Positions 1-8,550 of a DNA stretch of 64,000 nucleotides are shown here, piece after piece. The position numbers and the translations under genes are program-made. Below the pieces are notes generated by a model. That model did not search any database, had not been told where the DNA came from, and saw nothing but the letters and a program-made list of their open reading frames with translations. How positions within the stretch are numbered: position 1 is the first letter of the stretch; each line of letters begins with the position of its first letter. Source of the DNA: Nitrospirota bacterium (GTDB lineage Bacteria > Nitrospirota > Thermodesulfovibrionia > Thermodesulfovibrionales > Dissulfurispiraceae); NCBI GenBank assembly GCA_963790025.1, contig CAWBMP010000004.1:1088001-1152000 (forward strand). Direction: 5' to 3'.

Positions 1-388
1 CGTTGCTTTTAGACGATATTTTAACCAGAACAGGATATGTAACACCCGGGGCCGAGACGAATATCTGCGTTTCCGTCAAATCTGCTGTAAGTATTTTGAC
101 AAAAACTGTCTTTTCTCTTATCTGAACATCAATGCTCTCGGTGGCCTTTATGACTTCCTGTATCGGAAGCGGAAAATTAACCTGTACTGCCTTATTCACT
201 CCCGTATTTATCAGAATGACCTCGCCGTTCCATTCAACAAATCGCTTACCGTCCATCGCGATGGCAGAAGAAGGCAAAAGGCCAAAGGGCAAAGAAGGGC
301 TAAAGTCTAAAGGCAAAAAACAAATAACTAAAGGCAGAAAGAAAACGGAAAACAAACTTCTATATTTTATTTTTTGTTTTTTATTCAA
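1..388 (-). CDS. Conjugative transfer protein, TraK/DUF3438-like (truncated by window edge; not in ORF track)
   Basis: Manual translation from TTG at 388 gives MNKKQKIKYRSLFSVFFLPLVICFLPL...SSAIA|MDGKRFVEWNGEVILINTGVNKAVQVNFP, open to the edge. Has a signal peptide and lies directly after the TraE-like gene. Confidence 0.6.
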   Translation of the reverse strand, partial: MNKKQKIKYRSLFSVFFLPLVICFLPLDFSPSLPFGLLPSSAIAMDGKRFVEWNGEVILINTGVNKAVQVNFPLPIQEVIKATESIDVQIREKTVFVKILTADLTETQIFVSAPGVTYPVLVKISSKSN

Positions 389-463
389 TTTATGCCTTTT
401 TTGTCATATTTTAGCCATTTGCCTATTGCCTTCCTTTGTCTCTTGCGTTTTGCCTGCACTCCT

Positions 464-1066
464 TCATTCATGTTCTGACAGTTGTCCCTTTCTCATTTCT
501 GTAATATGAAACCCGAAAATATTCACATCATTAGGTGCTGTAGCCTCCAAAAAAACCTCATAATAGTACCTCTCTGTCTTCTTGACCTCTCCTGCACCCA
601 GCACACTTCTCTTGCCCTTAATAGTAACTATGTATGCCTTTTCATCGATCTTCCTGATTTCATGTGTTTCAGGAGAAAATAAAAAACTGATATCGCCGGC
701 CCTTAATGAATCGATAACTATTTTCTGCTCCTCATAGAACTTTGATCTGTATACAGGGCTCAGATATCTCGAGGACCGCTTTGTCACAAGATCGGCAGTA
801 TCGGATGTGACGGATGCAATAAGCAAAACAAAATTTTCAGCTATACTCAACACTACATCCTCTATTGCCTCGCCGGGTGTATAAATTCCCGGCTTGGCCC
901 CGGGGACTATATATGCGCGCCTTGGGGTCTGAGATGATTTTACTAGGGCAAATGCCAGGAATACAACAACGACCAGAAGAATGATCGACATCATTTTCCA
1001 CGCTGCTCCCTCGCCGGCATACTTCGCAATCAGAATCCACGATTTTTTTTCAGAACAAAAAGACAT
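464..1066 (-). CDS. Conjugative transfer protein, TraE/DUF2895-like
   Basis: Single N-terminal TM segment and C-terminal PNDVNIFGFHI motif; follows the pilin and TraL-like genes. Confidence 0.65.
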   Translation of the reverse strand: MSFCSEKKSWILIAKYAGEGAAWKMMSIILLVVVVFLAFALVKSSQTPRRAYIVPGAKPGIYTPGEAIEDVVLSIAENFVLLIASVTSDTADLVTKRSSRYLSPVYRSKFYEEQKIVIDSLRAGDISFLFSPETHEIRKIDEKAYIVTIKGKRSVLGAGEVKKTERYYYEVFLEATAPNDVNIFGFHITEMRKGQLSEHE

Positions 1067-1075
1067 ACGCTCCTT

Positions 1076-1393
1076 TTAGGGTGAATACAATCTTTTCCCC
1101 GGCGCCATAAGATGGTTAGCCCGCATTTTGTCATTCCACACTCCATACTTATGCATAATATGGCGTATATATCCTACCGGCCTTACTTCGGCAATTTTTT
1201 TAAGTATAAAAGCAATAAACAGCCCGATCATGACTGGGATAATTATGCCGAAGATCGACTGCTGGAATCCGGCGCTCTTAAAGACAACTATAAGCATCGA
1301 GACAAAAACTATAACAATGGCCAGATCATCCGCCTGCAGGCCAAAAAAAAGCAGCGGCATGTTGAGTGCTTTAGGTACACGGTAACGCATCAC
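1076..1393 (-). CDS. TraL/VirB3-like conjugative membrane protein
   Basis: N-terminal YRVPKALNMPLLFFG, two TM segments, C-terminal RPVGYIRHIMHKYG; TraL-like layout. Confidence 0.7.
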   Translation of the reverse strand: MMRYRVPKALNMPLLFFGLQADDLAIVIVFVSMLIVVFKSAGFQQSIFGIIIPVMIGLFIAFILKKIAEVRPVGYIRHIMHKYGVWNDKMRANHLMAPGKRLYSP

Positions 1394-1399
1394 TGACCT

Positions 1400-1726
1400 C
1401 TACTGGCCGGTCACTGCTTTTGCAGGAACATTTGCCACATCAGGAAATAAGAGGCCTATAAATGCAATTAGAACATGAGGAGCAACACCGACCACAATAC
1501 ATCCAAACAGAATGCCTATGTTCTTCCCGCTCATAAAGTATTCGACGATGCCGATTATTCCCGCCGCTATAGTAAACAGTGCACCATAGATGCCAGTGAT
1601 GGCGCCTTTAGCCGTGCCATACACATCATTTAAAGCCATTGCATAAGATGAATCTGCATTAGCCAGAATACCAATACCTACAATCACCCCTACCGCAACC
1701 CAATCCACAGCCGTAAACTTGCTCAC
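1400..1726 (-). CDS. Conjugative pilin (VirB2/TraA-like)
   Basis: Leader ending SYA followed by two hydrophobic helices; precedes the TraL-like gene. Confidence 0.65.
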   Translation of the reverse strand: MSKFTAVDWVAVGVIVGIGILANADSSYAMALNDVYGTAKGAITGIYGALFTIAAGIIGIVEYFMSGKNIGILFGCIVVGVAPHVLIAFIGLLFPDVANVPAKAVTGQ

Positions 1727-1735
1727 GTTGTCCTC

Positions 1736-2089
1736 CTATTTTGAGTTGATAATATCTTCGAGGAAGTAATCTCCCTCGATCTTGAAGGGGATGTAATCCC
1801 CTGTAAGCTTTTCATTTCTCGGGTAAAGATATGCTTCGAGGTCTTTTTCAATAAGCTCTATATCCGTCAGCAATTTGCCGTAATCAAAACTCGGCAGGTT
1901 ATTGGCCGATCTCGATTTTTCGGTGTAAAAAAGCGCCTGTTCCAGAGAAAAATAGGCCCTTTGAAGATAAGAAAGCGACCTTGCCTCACTATAGTTCCTT
2001 GTCTGAGGCATTTCGCTCAAAGACTCACCATAGATAGGCGTCGCTAAAAAGAGTGCGCTGCAAATAAAAGGTAATATATATTTTTTCAT
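1736..2089 (-). CDS. RAQPRD-like ICE protein
   Basis: Signal peptide plus FDYGKLLTDIELIEKDLEAYLYPR...IEGDY, which resembles the RAQPRD family C-terminus; precedes the pilin as in PFGI-1-type ICEs. Confidence 0.6.
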   Translation of the reverse strand: MKKYILPFICSALFLATPIYGESLSEMPQTRNYSEARSLSYLQRAYFSLEQALFYTEKSRSANNLPSFDYGKLLTDIELIEKDLEAYLYPRNEKLTGDYIPFKIEGDYFLEDIINSK

Positions 2090-2110
2090 CTGTATCTCCG
2101 TGATATAATA

Positions 2111-2674
2111 TTACGTGGCTGAATATTGATATGATGTTTGTTCAAATACTATCAGGTTTTCAGCTATAATCCTTCCGTTCCCGATGAGGCCCTGTACGAG
2201 CACTACATCTCCCGTCCGTATTTTAGACATTTTCAACTTCATCATTTCTTCTGATGTTTCTATGACATGAGTGACAATAAATGTTTTAGTCTTTCTGGGC
2301 TCTTTCGTTTCCATGACAAATCTCATGTATTCATCTACCGAAAATGGGGCTTTTTTGACAGTTCCTATCAAAGTAGCATCATTAATATCCTGGTTCCCAA
2401 AATTAATCAACTCGACAACTATTATTGATCTGGAGCCAGATATCGGACCATTGACATAAACAATATCGTCGATCCTTATTTTCGAGAGTATCTCCATCAG
2501 TCGCTCATCTTTTGTTTCTATTAGATGGGGGCAAGCCAAAACTTTATTCCCTTTTAAAACCCTGGTCTCCATTGTAAACGTCATTCTGTCATGCTCGCGA
2601 GCCGCCGGCGAGGTGACTCTTCCGGTCAGTCTGTTGTCATTTACATTTCTGTTGACTTCAAAATTATTCCGCAT
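2111..2674 (-). CDS. Tandem OB-fold (SSB-like) protein
   Basis: Two ~80-aa internal repeats (ND..L.G.V...M.F.MET...H.IET...SKIR..D.V.V.G.I). Confidence 0.6.
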   Translation of the reverse strand: MRNNFEVNRNVNDNRLTGRVTSPAAREHDRMTFTMETRVLKGNKVLACPHLIETKDERLMEILSKIRIDDIVYVNGPISGSRSIIVVELINFGNQDINDATLIGTVKKAPFSVDEYMRFVMETKEPRKTKTFIVTHVIETSEEMMKLKMSKIRTGDVVLVQGLIGNGRIIAENLIVFEQTSYQYSAT

Positions 2675-2871
2675 TGTTTATTCCCTTGCATTGAATTTTT
2701 GATAAGACGTTATCACTCCGATTGAACTCTTAATATCCCTCTCATAAATACTACTTTTGATAATTTTGTTTGTCGGATAGGTTGCCGAGCTTTATGGTAT
2801 TCGAAGTAGTTCGTGTTTAGAAACCAAAATCCGAAAATAAAAGGGGGAGGTTATGGTTGAGGAAAGAGAAC

Positions 2872-3504
2872 TTAGGCTATGAGGCTATTTTTAATCGCAT
2901 AATTTGTCAATTCGGCATTGTTCTTCAACTTCATTTTTTCAAGAATACGGCTTCTATATGTGCTGATTGTCTTGACACTCAGAGACAACTGCTCTGCAAT
3001 TTCGCTTGCAGTTTTGCCGGAGGCGATCATGCACAATACCTGATACTCTCTGTCTGAGAGGATTTCGTGAGGTTCCTTTTTTGTGTCCTCATCAAGATTG
3101 ATGGCCAGTTTTTCTGCCAGAGGAGGGCTGACATATTTTCTGCCGGCAGCTACAGTACGTATGGCTGTTACCAGTTCTTCCGGTGCGCTATCCTTTGTCA
3201 TGTATCCGGACGCCCCTGATCTCAAAACTCTTATTGCATATTGATCTTCCGGGTACATGCTGAGCATCAGGACGTGAAGGCTGGGGTATTCATTTTTTAT
3301 CTCCTTCAAGGCATCAAGCCCGCTTTTGCCAGGCATAGAGATATCAAGCACTATCACTGAATAATCGTTTTTCCTTATTTTATCAATCGCTTCATAAGCA
3401 CTGCCTGCTTCGTCTACTATGGTCATGTCTGGAACACCCGATAGGATTTGACGCAACCCCGCGCGAACAACGGAATGATCATCTGCAATAAGTATCTTAA
3501 TCAT
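2872..3504 (-). CDS. NarL/UvrY-family response regulator (REC + LuxR HTH)
   Basis: ILIADDH, LDISMPG, LSDREYQVL...LSLSVKTISTYRSRI motifs. Confidence 0.95.
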   Translation of the reverse strand: MIKILIADDHSVVRAGLRQILSGVPDMTIVDEAGSAYEAIDKIRKNDYSVIVLDISMPGKSGLDALKEIKNEYPSLHVLMLSMYPEDQYAIRVLRSGASGYMTKDSAPEELVTAIRTVAAGRKYVSPPLAEKLAINLDEDTKKEPHEILSDREYQVLCMIASGKTASEIAEQLSLSVKTISTYRSRILEKMKLKNNAELTNYAIKNSLIA

Positions 3505-3665
3505 GAGCGATTATAACATATGCGCTAGCAAATAGATTATATTTGCTTATAATAACAAATAGATCGCATCTAATGTATATGCTGTAAGGAACTATTTCAT
3601 TGGCAGTGTTAATCCTATACCCAAATCCGGCGCTAAGGGCCTAAGTCATAATTTATAGACCGTCG

Positions 3666-4418
3666 CTATTTGGTATCGTTCGGCATTACTAGCTGACTGC
3701 ATTTGAGCACCTTGCCGTAATCCGTAAAATAACTGTCGGCTTCTTCTCTCGTCTCGGCACATGCTATTACGGTGCTATGTATAGCGTTCATGCATTCGGC
3801 CTTAAAAAGCTTCAGTCCCATTGCATTAATTTCGGATACGAGCTGCTTAAATATTTTGTTTGAAAGTGTAGTTTTTCTCCTGCACCCGTACATTTTCTCA
3901 AGCTCATTTATTGCGGGTTTGCAATAGTGCTGACGTGTTAAAAGTCTCAGTGTATCCAATACCCTTTTCGATACAGCTTTATCATTGAAGGACTTAATGC
4001 AAACATGAAACTCGTTTTTTTCTCTGCTGACAGACTCCATCTCATATTTTTTCCACGAGACATCCCGGTCGTGCCCTCTCCCGTCGGTTTCTCCGGGCTT
4101 GAAAACAGTCCGCTCGAAATCTATGTCCCGTAATTCTTCATTACAGGCCGGCCAGTTTCTCTGACTCGAAATTTCGCCGCCATCCAGCCCACGGATACTT
4201 TCAAAGCCCTTTTTCAGATACCAGACAAAGACCGTAGTGTCCTTAGTCTTTTGGAATTGATCTCTCTTATATACTTTGGCCTGCAGTCCGGCAAGATATG
4301 CAATTGACATCGCTTCCATTTCGTTGAAATGAGGCCCGAGCCGCTTTCTTGCAATTTTGATTATAATTCCCTTATTCATTTCGAGGAATTGCTCTATTTT
4401 TTTATTTGCGTTGACCAT
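3666..4418 (-). CDS. Hypothetical protein with a degenerate sigma70 region-2-like N-terminus
   Basis: FLEMNKGIIIKIARKR...AYLAGLQA...TTVFVWYLKK loosely matches sigma region 2; overlaps the upstream ParB-like gene. Confidence 0.45.
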   Translation of the reverse strand: MVNANKKIEQFLEMNKGIIIKIARKRLGPHFNEMEAMSIAYLAGLQAKVYKRDQFQKTKDTTVFVWYLKKGFESIRGLDGGEISSQRNWPACNEELRDIDFERTVFKPGETDGRGHDRDVSWKKYEMESVSREKNEFHVCIKSFNDKAVSKRVLDTLRLLTRQHYCKPAINELEKMYGCRRKTTLSNKIFKQLVSEINAMGLKLFKAECMNAIHSTVIACAETREEADSYFTDYGKVLKCSQLVMPNDTK

Positions 4419-5893
4419 AACAGTCCCCCCCAGTTAGACGATTGCTGCATGCCGGACATTGTACCGTAAATTTTTTCCAGCGAAATTATTCTGCTGTTGA
4501 TACCATTGTTGTTGATATCCATGCCATTGATACTGTCTTTGAAATCTTCAAATTTTTCTTTAGTCCTTAGGCTCGTCAGCCCATTATCGTCTCCCCATTC
4601 AAGTACTGACAACAGGGCAAATATGCTATTTACCGTTAATTGTTTGAGAATACCCCCATCTTTTTCCGAAACATCAGGGATTGCCTGAATGTGTTCATTA
4701 ATATGAGTCACCATAAAACTCACATATTTTTCAAATTCCAAACGAAGCCTTTCTGTTGTAAATTCACATTGGTAGTTACAGGCCTCCGTTCTCTTTTTCA
4801 GCAGTTCTTCTTTTTGTTTTAGCTGGTCATTCTTCTTCAAAAGCTCTTTTCTTTGTATTTGCAATTCTTCTTTTGCGGCCTTTAATTCATAGTGTAATCC
4901 CTCCATTTCCATTGCGTAGCTTCCGTCCTTGATGATTCCGGCCACACCGGGGAACTTTTTCGCGAGAAGCGGTAAAACAGTGATTTTGATCTCGTGGTCA
5001 GTTGCGTCGTTAACTTCAAGCAGACGAATTGCATCATAAATTTCATTTATGCTTTTCTGTGCTGATGCAGAGGCCGTCTCACACTCAACTGACGGCTCAG
5101 AGCGTTCCTCCGTATTTTTTCCATCTGATTCATTTTCTTTTGCGTCAAGAGCATTTGAAGATCCCTCTACTGACTTCCATTTATATGTCGGGCCATTATT
5201 ATCAGTGATACTTGCGGCCACTGTTTCATTATCATTTGGGTGCTTTTTTGTGACTTCATTTATCAATCTCCGTGCGGTTGTTCTTGACACCCCTGTTTCG
5301 TTGATGATTTTCTTTACGGACGCTCCCTGGACCAATAAAGTTTTTACTTGTTCTTTTTTACTGACTCTCGCACACACTGCCTTCACTTTTCTTTCTTTTA
5401 CTTCATTTTGAAGCCATCTGTATATGGTGGCTTTACCTGCAATGCCCGTTGCTATAATTTCAGCGCCTGTACAACCATAAATGTTCATTTTTTGTACAGC
5501 GTCTTTTCGTTCTTCGTTGCTCAGTGCCATGCCGTGACTTGCATTCGATTCACATGCCTTCATCAATAAATGTTTTTTAACCTCGTAAGTGTTTAATTCT
5601 GATTCTGAAATTGATATATCGGTACGAATTCTTGCTTTAATCTTCTTCATCTTAATTTCTTTTTGTGCCAGCAACCTGTGGACGCCGTCTTCCAGCGCAA
5701 ATACTTCTTTTCCAGGGTCTCCCGTCTGTACCAGCGAGACTTCAACAGGTGGAATTTCAAAGATAAGGTCTTCCTTTTTTTGAGAATAAATTTCCCTGAA
5801 AAACGCAATTCTTGAGTTATCGATTTTTGTTCTGGGGCTGGTACCGTCAACAATAAGAACTGAATTAACTGAAACCTCTTTTGTGTAAAACAC
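4394..5893 (-). CDS. ParB/Srx N-terminal domain protein with HTH(s) and coiled coil
   Basis: IPPVEV...LEDGVHRLLA...ESNASHGMALS ParB-like motif; HTH-like segments GKATIYRW and TGVSRTTARR; GTG start with GGAGG SD. Confidence 0.75.
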   Translation of the reverse strand: MFYTKEVSVNSVLIVDGTSPRTKIDNSRIAFFREIYSQKKEDLIFEIPPVEVSLVQTGDPGKEVFALEDGVHRLLAQKEIKMKKIKARIRTDISISESELNTYEVKKHLLMKACESNASHGMALSNEERKDAVQKMNIYGCTGAEIIATGIAGKATIYRWLQNEVKERKVKAVCARVSKKEQVKTLLVQGASVKKIINETGVSRTTARRLINEVTKKHPNDNETVAASITDNNGPTYKWKSVEGSSNALDAKENESDGKNTEERSEPSVECETASASAQKSINEIYDAIRLLEVNDATDHEIKITVLPLLAKKFPGVAGIIKDGSYAMEMEGLHYELKAAKEELQIQRKELLKKNDQLKQKEELLKKRTEACNYQCEFTTERLRLEFEKYVSFMVTHINEHIQAIPDVSEKDGGILKQLTVNSIFALLSVLEWGDDNGLTSLRTKEKFEDFKDSINGMDINNNGINSRIISLEKIYGTMSGMQQSSNWGGLLWSTQIKK

Positions 5894-5994
5894 TTTTCCC
5901 TCCTTTGAAACACTCTTATTAAATATGAAAGCATACTAATTTTTAGACCGAATATAGTCTCGATGGCTGACCTGTCAAAGATAGGACGCCATTG

Positions 5995-6051
5995 AGATAA
6001 CTAACATGTTAGATATTTTACGTGTTTAGAATGACAGTTATGTTAACATAA
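5995..6051. promoter_or_regulatory. Palindromic operator-like sites between the divergent ParB-like and XRE genes
   Basis: AACTAAC-AT-GTTAGAT (5999-6014) and perfect palindrome TTATGTTAACATAA (6038-6051). Confidence 0.55.
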
Positions 6052-6224
6052 TAATATTATATTTTCATTATTATTTCTTAATTGAGCAGTGACATCTTAA
6101 CGTTCTTTGAAATAACACACATTTTGTTTCACATTTCCTTTTTAAAACCATATGGTTGGATGTCGAAAGGTGCCGGAAAGAGGTATTATTGTTTTTTTTC
6201 TTTTTATTGTTTATCATTGTAGGC

Positions 6225-6890
6225 ATGGCACTTTGGGATTCCATAAAAGAGATCAGACAAAAAGCGCAGCAAACTCAAAAAGAGTTCGCAGATGCAATAG
6301 GTTACACACCCGAGTACATCTCTAATATTGAGCGTTCCCCTGATATAACGCGCAGGATTGCAACGGAAAAGATGATAAAGAAAATTGCAGAAATATATAC
6401 GAAAACTGATGAGGAAAGAATCTCTCTAGAAAGAAAGCTGCTGCTTGAGCGGGCACAGGCAACTGTAAGTCCGGAAGTTGCAATGCATTTTTTAATGGAT
6501 GAGAAGAAACTGTCCACTTATCAGTCAGAGGATGGTATGCCACTCTCATTTATTAAGCGATTAAAAAAAGATTTGTTGAATGTCGAGAACGAAAACACCT
6601 TTTTCAATTCTCTTCAAACAGTTTCAAAAGATGTCGTTGAAGAAAGCCTGAACGGCATGCGCCTCCTCCCTCGAAAAGCGGTTGTAGAAATCGCACGGTT
6701 GTTGGGCCAGTCGATTGAAGAATATTTAATTCTCGCTGATTATATGCCGAGCGAGTTAAAATCGCTCATTATGCACAAAGGGATGAACAATATGTTTCGC
6801 ACTATGAGTGAACTGGACTCAGAAGAACTTGATGCCATGATCGATGTATTTTCGAGTGTTTTGAGAATGCGCAAGAAAAAGAATGAATAG
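6225..6890 (+). CDS. XRE-family HTH transcriptional regulator with a second HTH-like domain
   Basis: IKEIRQKAQQTQKEFADAIGYTPEYISNIER. ATG 6225 is preferred over TTG 6156, whose extension is a poly-T tract. Confidence 0.85.
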   Translation: MALWDSIKEIRQKAQQTQKEFADAIGYTPEYISNIERSPDITRRIATEKMIKKIAEIYTKTDEERISLERKLLLERAQATVSPEVAMHFLMDEKKLSTYQSEDGMPLSFIKRLKKDLLNVENENTFFNSLQTVSKDVVEESLNGMRLLPRKAVVEIARLLGQSIEEYLILADYMPSELKSLIMHKGMNNMFRTMSELDSEELDAMIDVFSSVLRMRKKKNE

Positions 6891-7002
6891 CAACTCGCTG
6901 GACGACTAACGTGCATATAAAGTATGGATAAAATCGGAAAAATCGTAATTCAACAGCTTGCTGAGGGATTTATTGAGCAGTGGGAGATAAACCCTGATTT
7001 TA

Positions 7003-7335
7003 TCATTTTCCTCGTCCGGTAGCCTGACCGCTTTCAAGCAGCATGCGTTGCTTTTCTATTTGTTTCACCGCCTCTAAATTAACGCCTGTCGGATTGTACT
7101 TATATATAAGCTCCCCTATGATTCCCAATGCCCGCTTCAGTTTGGCCCTGTCTTCAGGGTCTCTTATCATGTCATCCAAAAGCCCTTCGTAAGCTGCCAG
7201 GATTCTGGGCACATCGCTCGCGAGCTTTTGTTCCCTGTAGCTGCTGTAAAGATATCCCGTTCCTATCAGTGCCAGTATTAAAAGGAGGCTCCCCCATATA
7301 TGAACTGTTCCGCTTCGGTCACATAGAATTCTCAT
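7003..7335 (-). CDS. Hypothetical membrane-anchored protein
   Basis: Clean ORF with one N-terminal TM segment after DRSG. Confidence 0.55.
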   Translation of the reverse strand: MRILCDRSGTVHIWGSLLLILALIGTGYLYSSYREQKLASDVPRILAAYEGLLDDMIRDPEDRAKLKRALGIIGELIYKYNPTGVNLEAVKQIEKQRMLLESGQATGRGK

Positions 7336-7468
7336 AAACAACACTCACCCGCCAATTTTATTGTTTTTGTTTGAATCACGACAAAATACCAATTTATAGA
7401 CAGGCACTATTTATAGGATATTACCGTTCACTTTTTATTCAACAGGAATACATAATGAAAGTGTGCAA

Positions 7469-7648
7469 TTAATGGTGATGGACCATGTGATCGCGCATTT
7501 CATCGGTTTTATTTGGCACTTGGGTATCATGCCTCCCCTCCTGAATGTTCCTGGTGCCCCATGTGGCGGGAAGGTATCTCATGCTGAGCAGGACCGCCCA
7601 AAGCAGCACGATAACAATCAGAAATGCTTCTATTTTCACGCTGAGCAT
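7469..7648 (-). CDS. Possible small membrane protein with His-rich tail
   Basis: MLSVKIEAFLIVIVLLWAVLL...DHMVHHH; a competing + strand ORF exists, so this is uncertain. Confidence 0.3.
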   Translation of the reverse strand: MLSVKIEAFLIVIVLLWAVLLSMRYLPATWGTRNIQEGRHDTQVPNKTDEMRDHMVHHH

Positions 7649-7787
7649 CAACCGGAAGGCAATCAGGCGTCCATCGACTCTTTGCTTCAGAGGCGCATAA
7701 ATATTAAGCGAATATAAGGGGAACCTATGGCAGCACAACAGACTTTAAATAAGGTAAAATAAATCATGAGTTATAAGGAGGGGCCGA

Positions 7788-8084
7788 ATGCTGACTAAAA
7801 CTTGGGGATTTTACATGATTTTGCTCTGCTCATTATTTTTTGCTTCGAGCGGCTGTACATCTGAGCACATAAGCTTATGGGATAGGCACTGTGCGGCTTG
7901 CCATGACGGGAAGACCGTTCTGAACAAGCACGTTGTTATTAGTAAGGAACAGATGAAGGAGAAATACAAAACGCTAAAAGAATTCTCAAATGCATGTTCA
8001 GGCACAACAGCTTGCATGAATATACTCAAGCACGACAATAAGTTATTTATTGAGGTGGGCGAGGAAATTGGGATAAAAGAGTAA
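7788..8084 (+). CDS. Small c-type cytochrome lipoprotein
   Basis: Strong SD AAGGAGG, lipobox-like ASSGC, CAACH heme motif. Confidence 0.75.
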   Translation: MLTKTWGFYMILLCSLFFASSGCTSEHISLWDRHCAACHDGKTVLNKHVVISKEQMKEKYKTLKEFSNACSGTTACMNILKHDNKLFIEVGEEIGIKE

Positions 8085-8405
8085 CTTATCATTGCATTTT
8101 CACCCCATAGGTGTTTCTGCTGAAGTAGTTTTTTAACCGAAAATTAACACTACTGTAATGTAAAACATGCATTTATTTTTTTAAACTGTCTGCTGCAAAC
8201 TACATACTTCAATTTATAACGTTAGCGCAACGGCATAAAGTAATTACGCCGGCCTGGCGGAAAACCACGGGCCGAAGGCCACGGTGCTTTATTTAATCAG
8301 ATTGCTCATTACAAGATAATTACGGCTAAGTTACATTTTCATTAAACTCCTGCCAGGTTTTTTTTAATTTCAGATAGAGTTTATTATTGCGAGCCCAAAA
8401 ATATT

Positions 8406-8444
8406 TACTTGACAAGTATTTCAATATTTGATAATTTTTATTAA
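8406..8444 (+). promoter_or_regulatory. Putative -35 (TTGACA) with a Fur/PerR-like box
   Basis: TTGACA 8409-8414 inside a TACTTG-A-CAAGTA palindrome; TTGATAA-TTT-TTATTAA at 8428-8444; upstream of fprA-rbr. Confidence 0.45.
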
Positions 8445-8550
8445 ATAATAATTAAAATAAACTGGCAATAAACTTCAAAAGAAGTTTTAAACTCCTGGTT
8501 TAAACCTACACAGAAAAGGAGCGGTAAATATGGTGGTGCAGGAAATTAAG

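Noticed and set aside
132..509. 125-aa + strand ORF
   Set aside because: Low-complexity translation of heptamer repeats; the real gene is on the minus strand.
3620..3665. c-di-GMP-I riboswitch-like fragment (GCTAAGGGCCTAAG)
   Set aside because: Lacks the GGCAAA/GAAA P2 stem and lies antisense to the flanking genes.
6156..6224. Hydrophobic N-terminal extension on the XRE regulator
   Set aside because: It is translated poly-T promoter DNA; the paralog aligns from ATG 6225.
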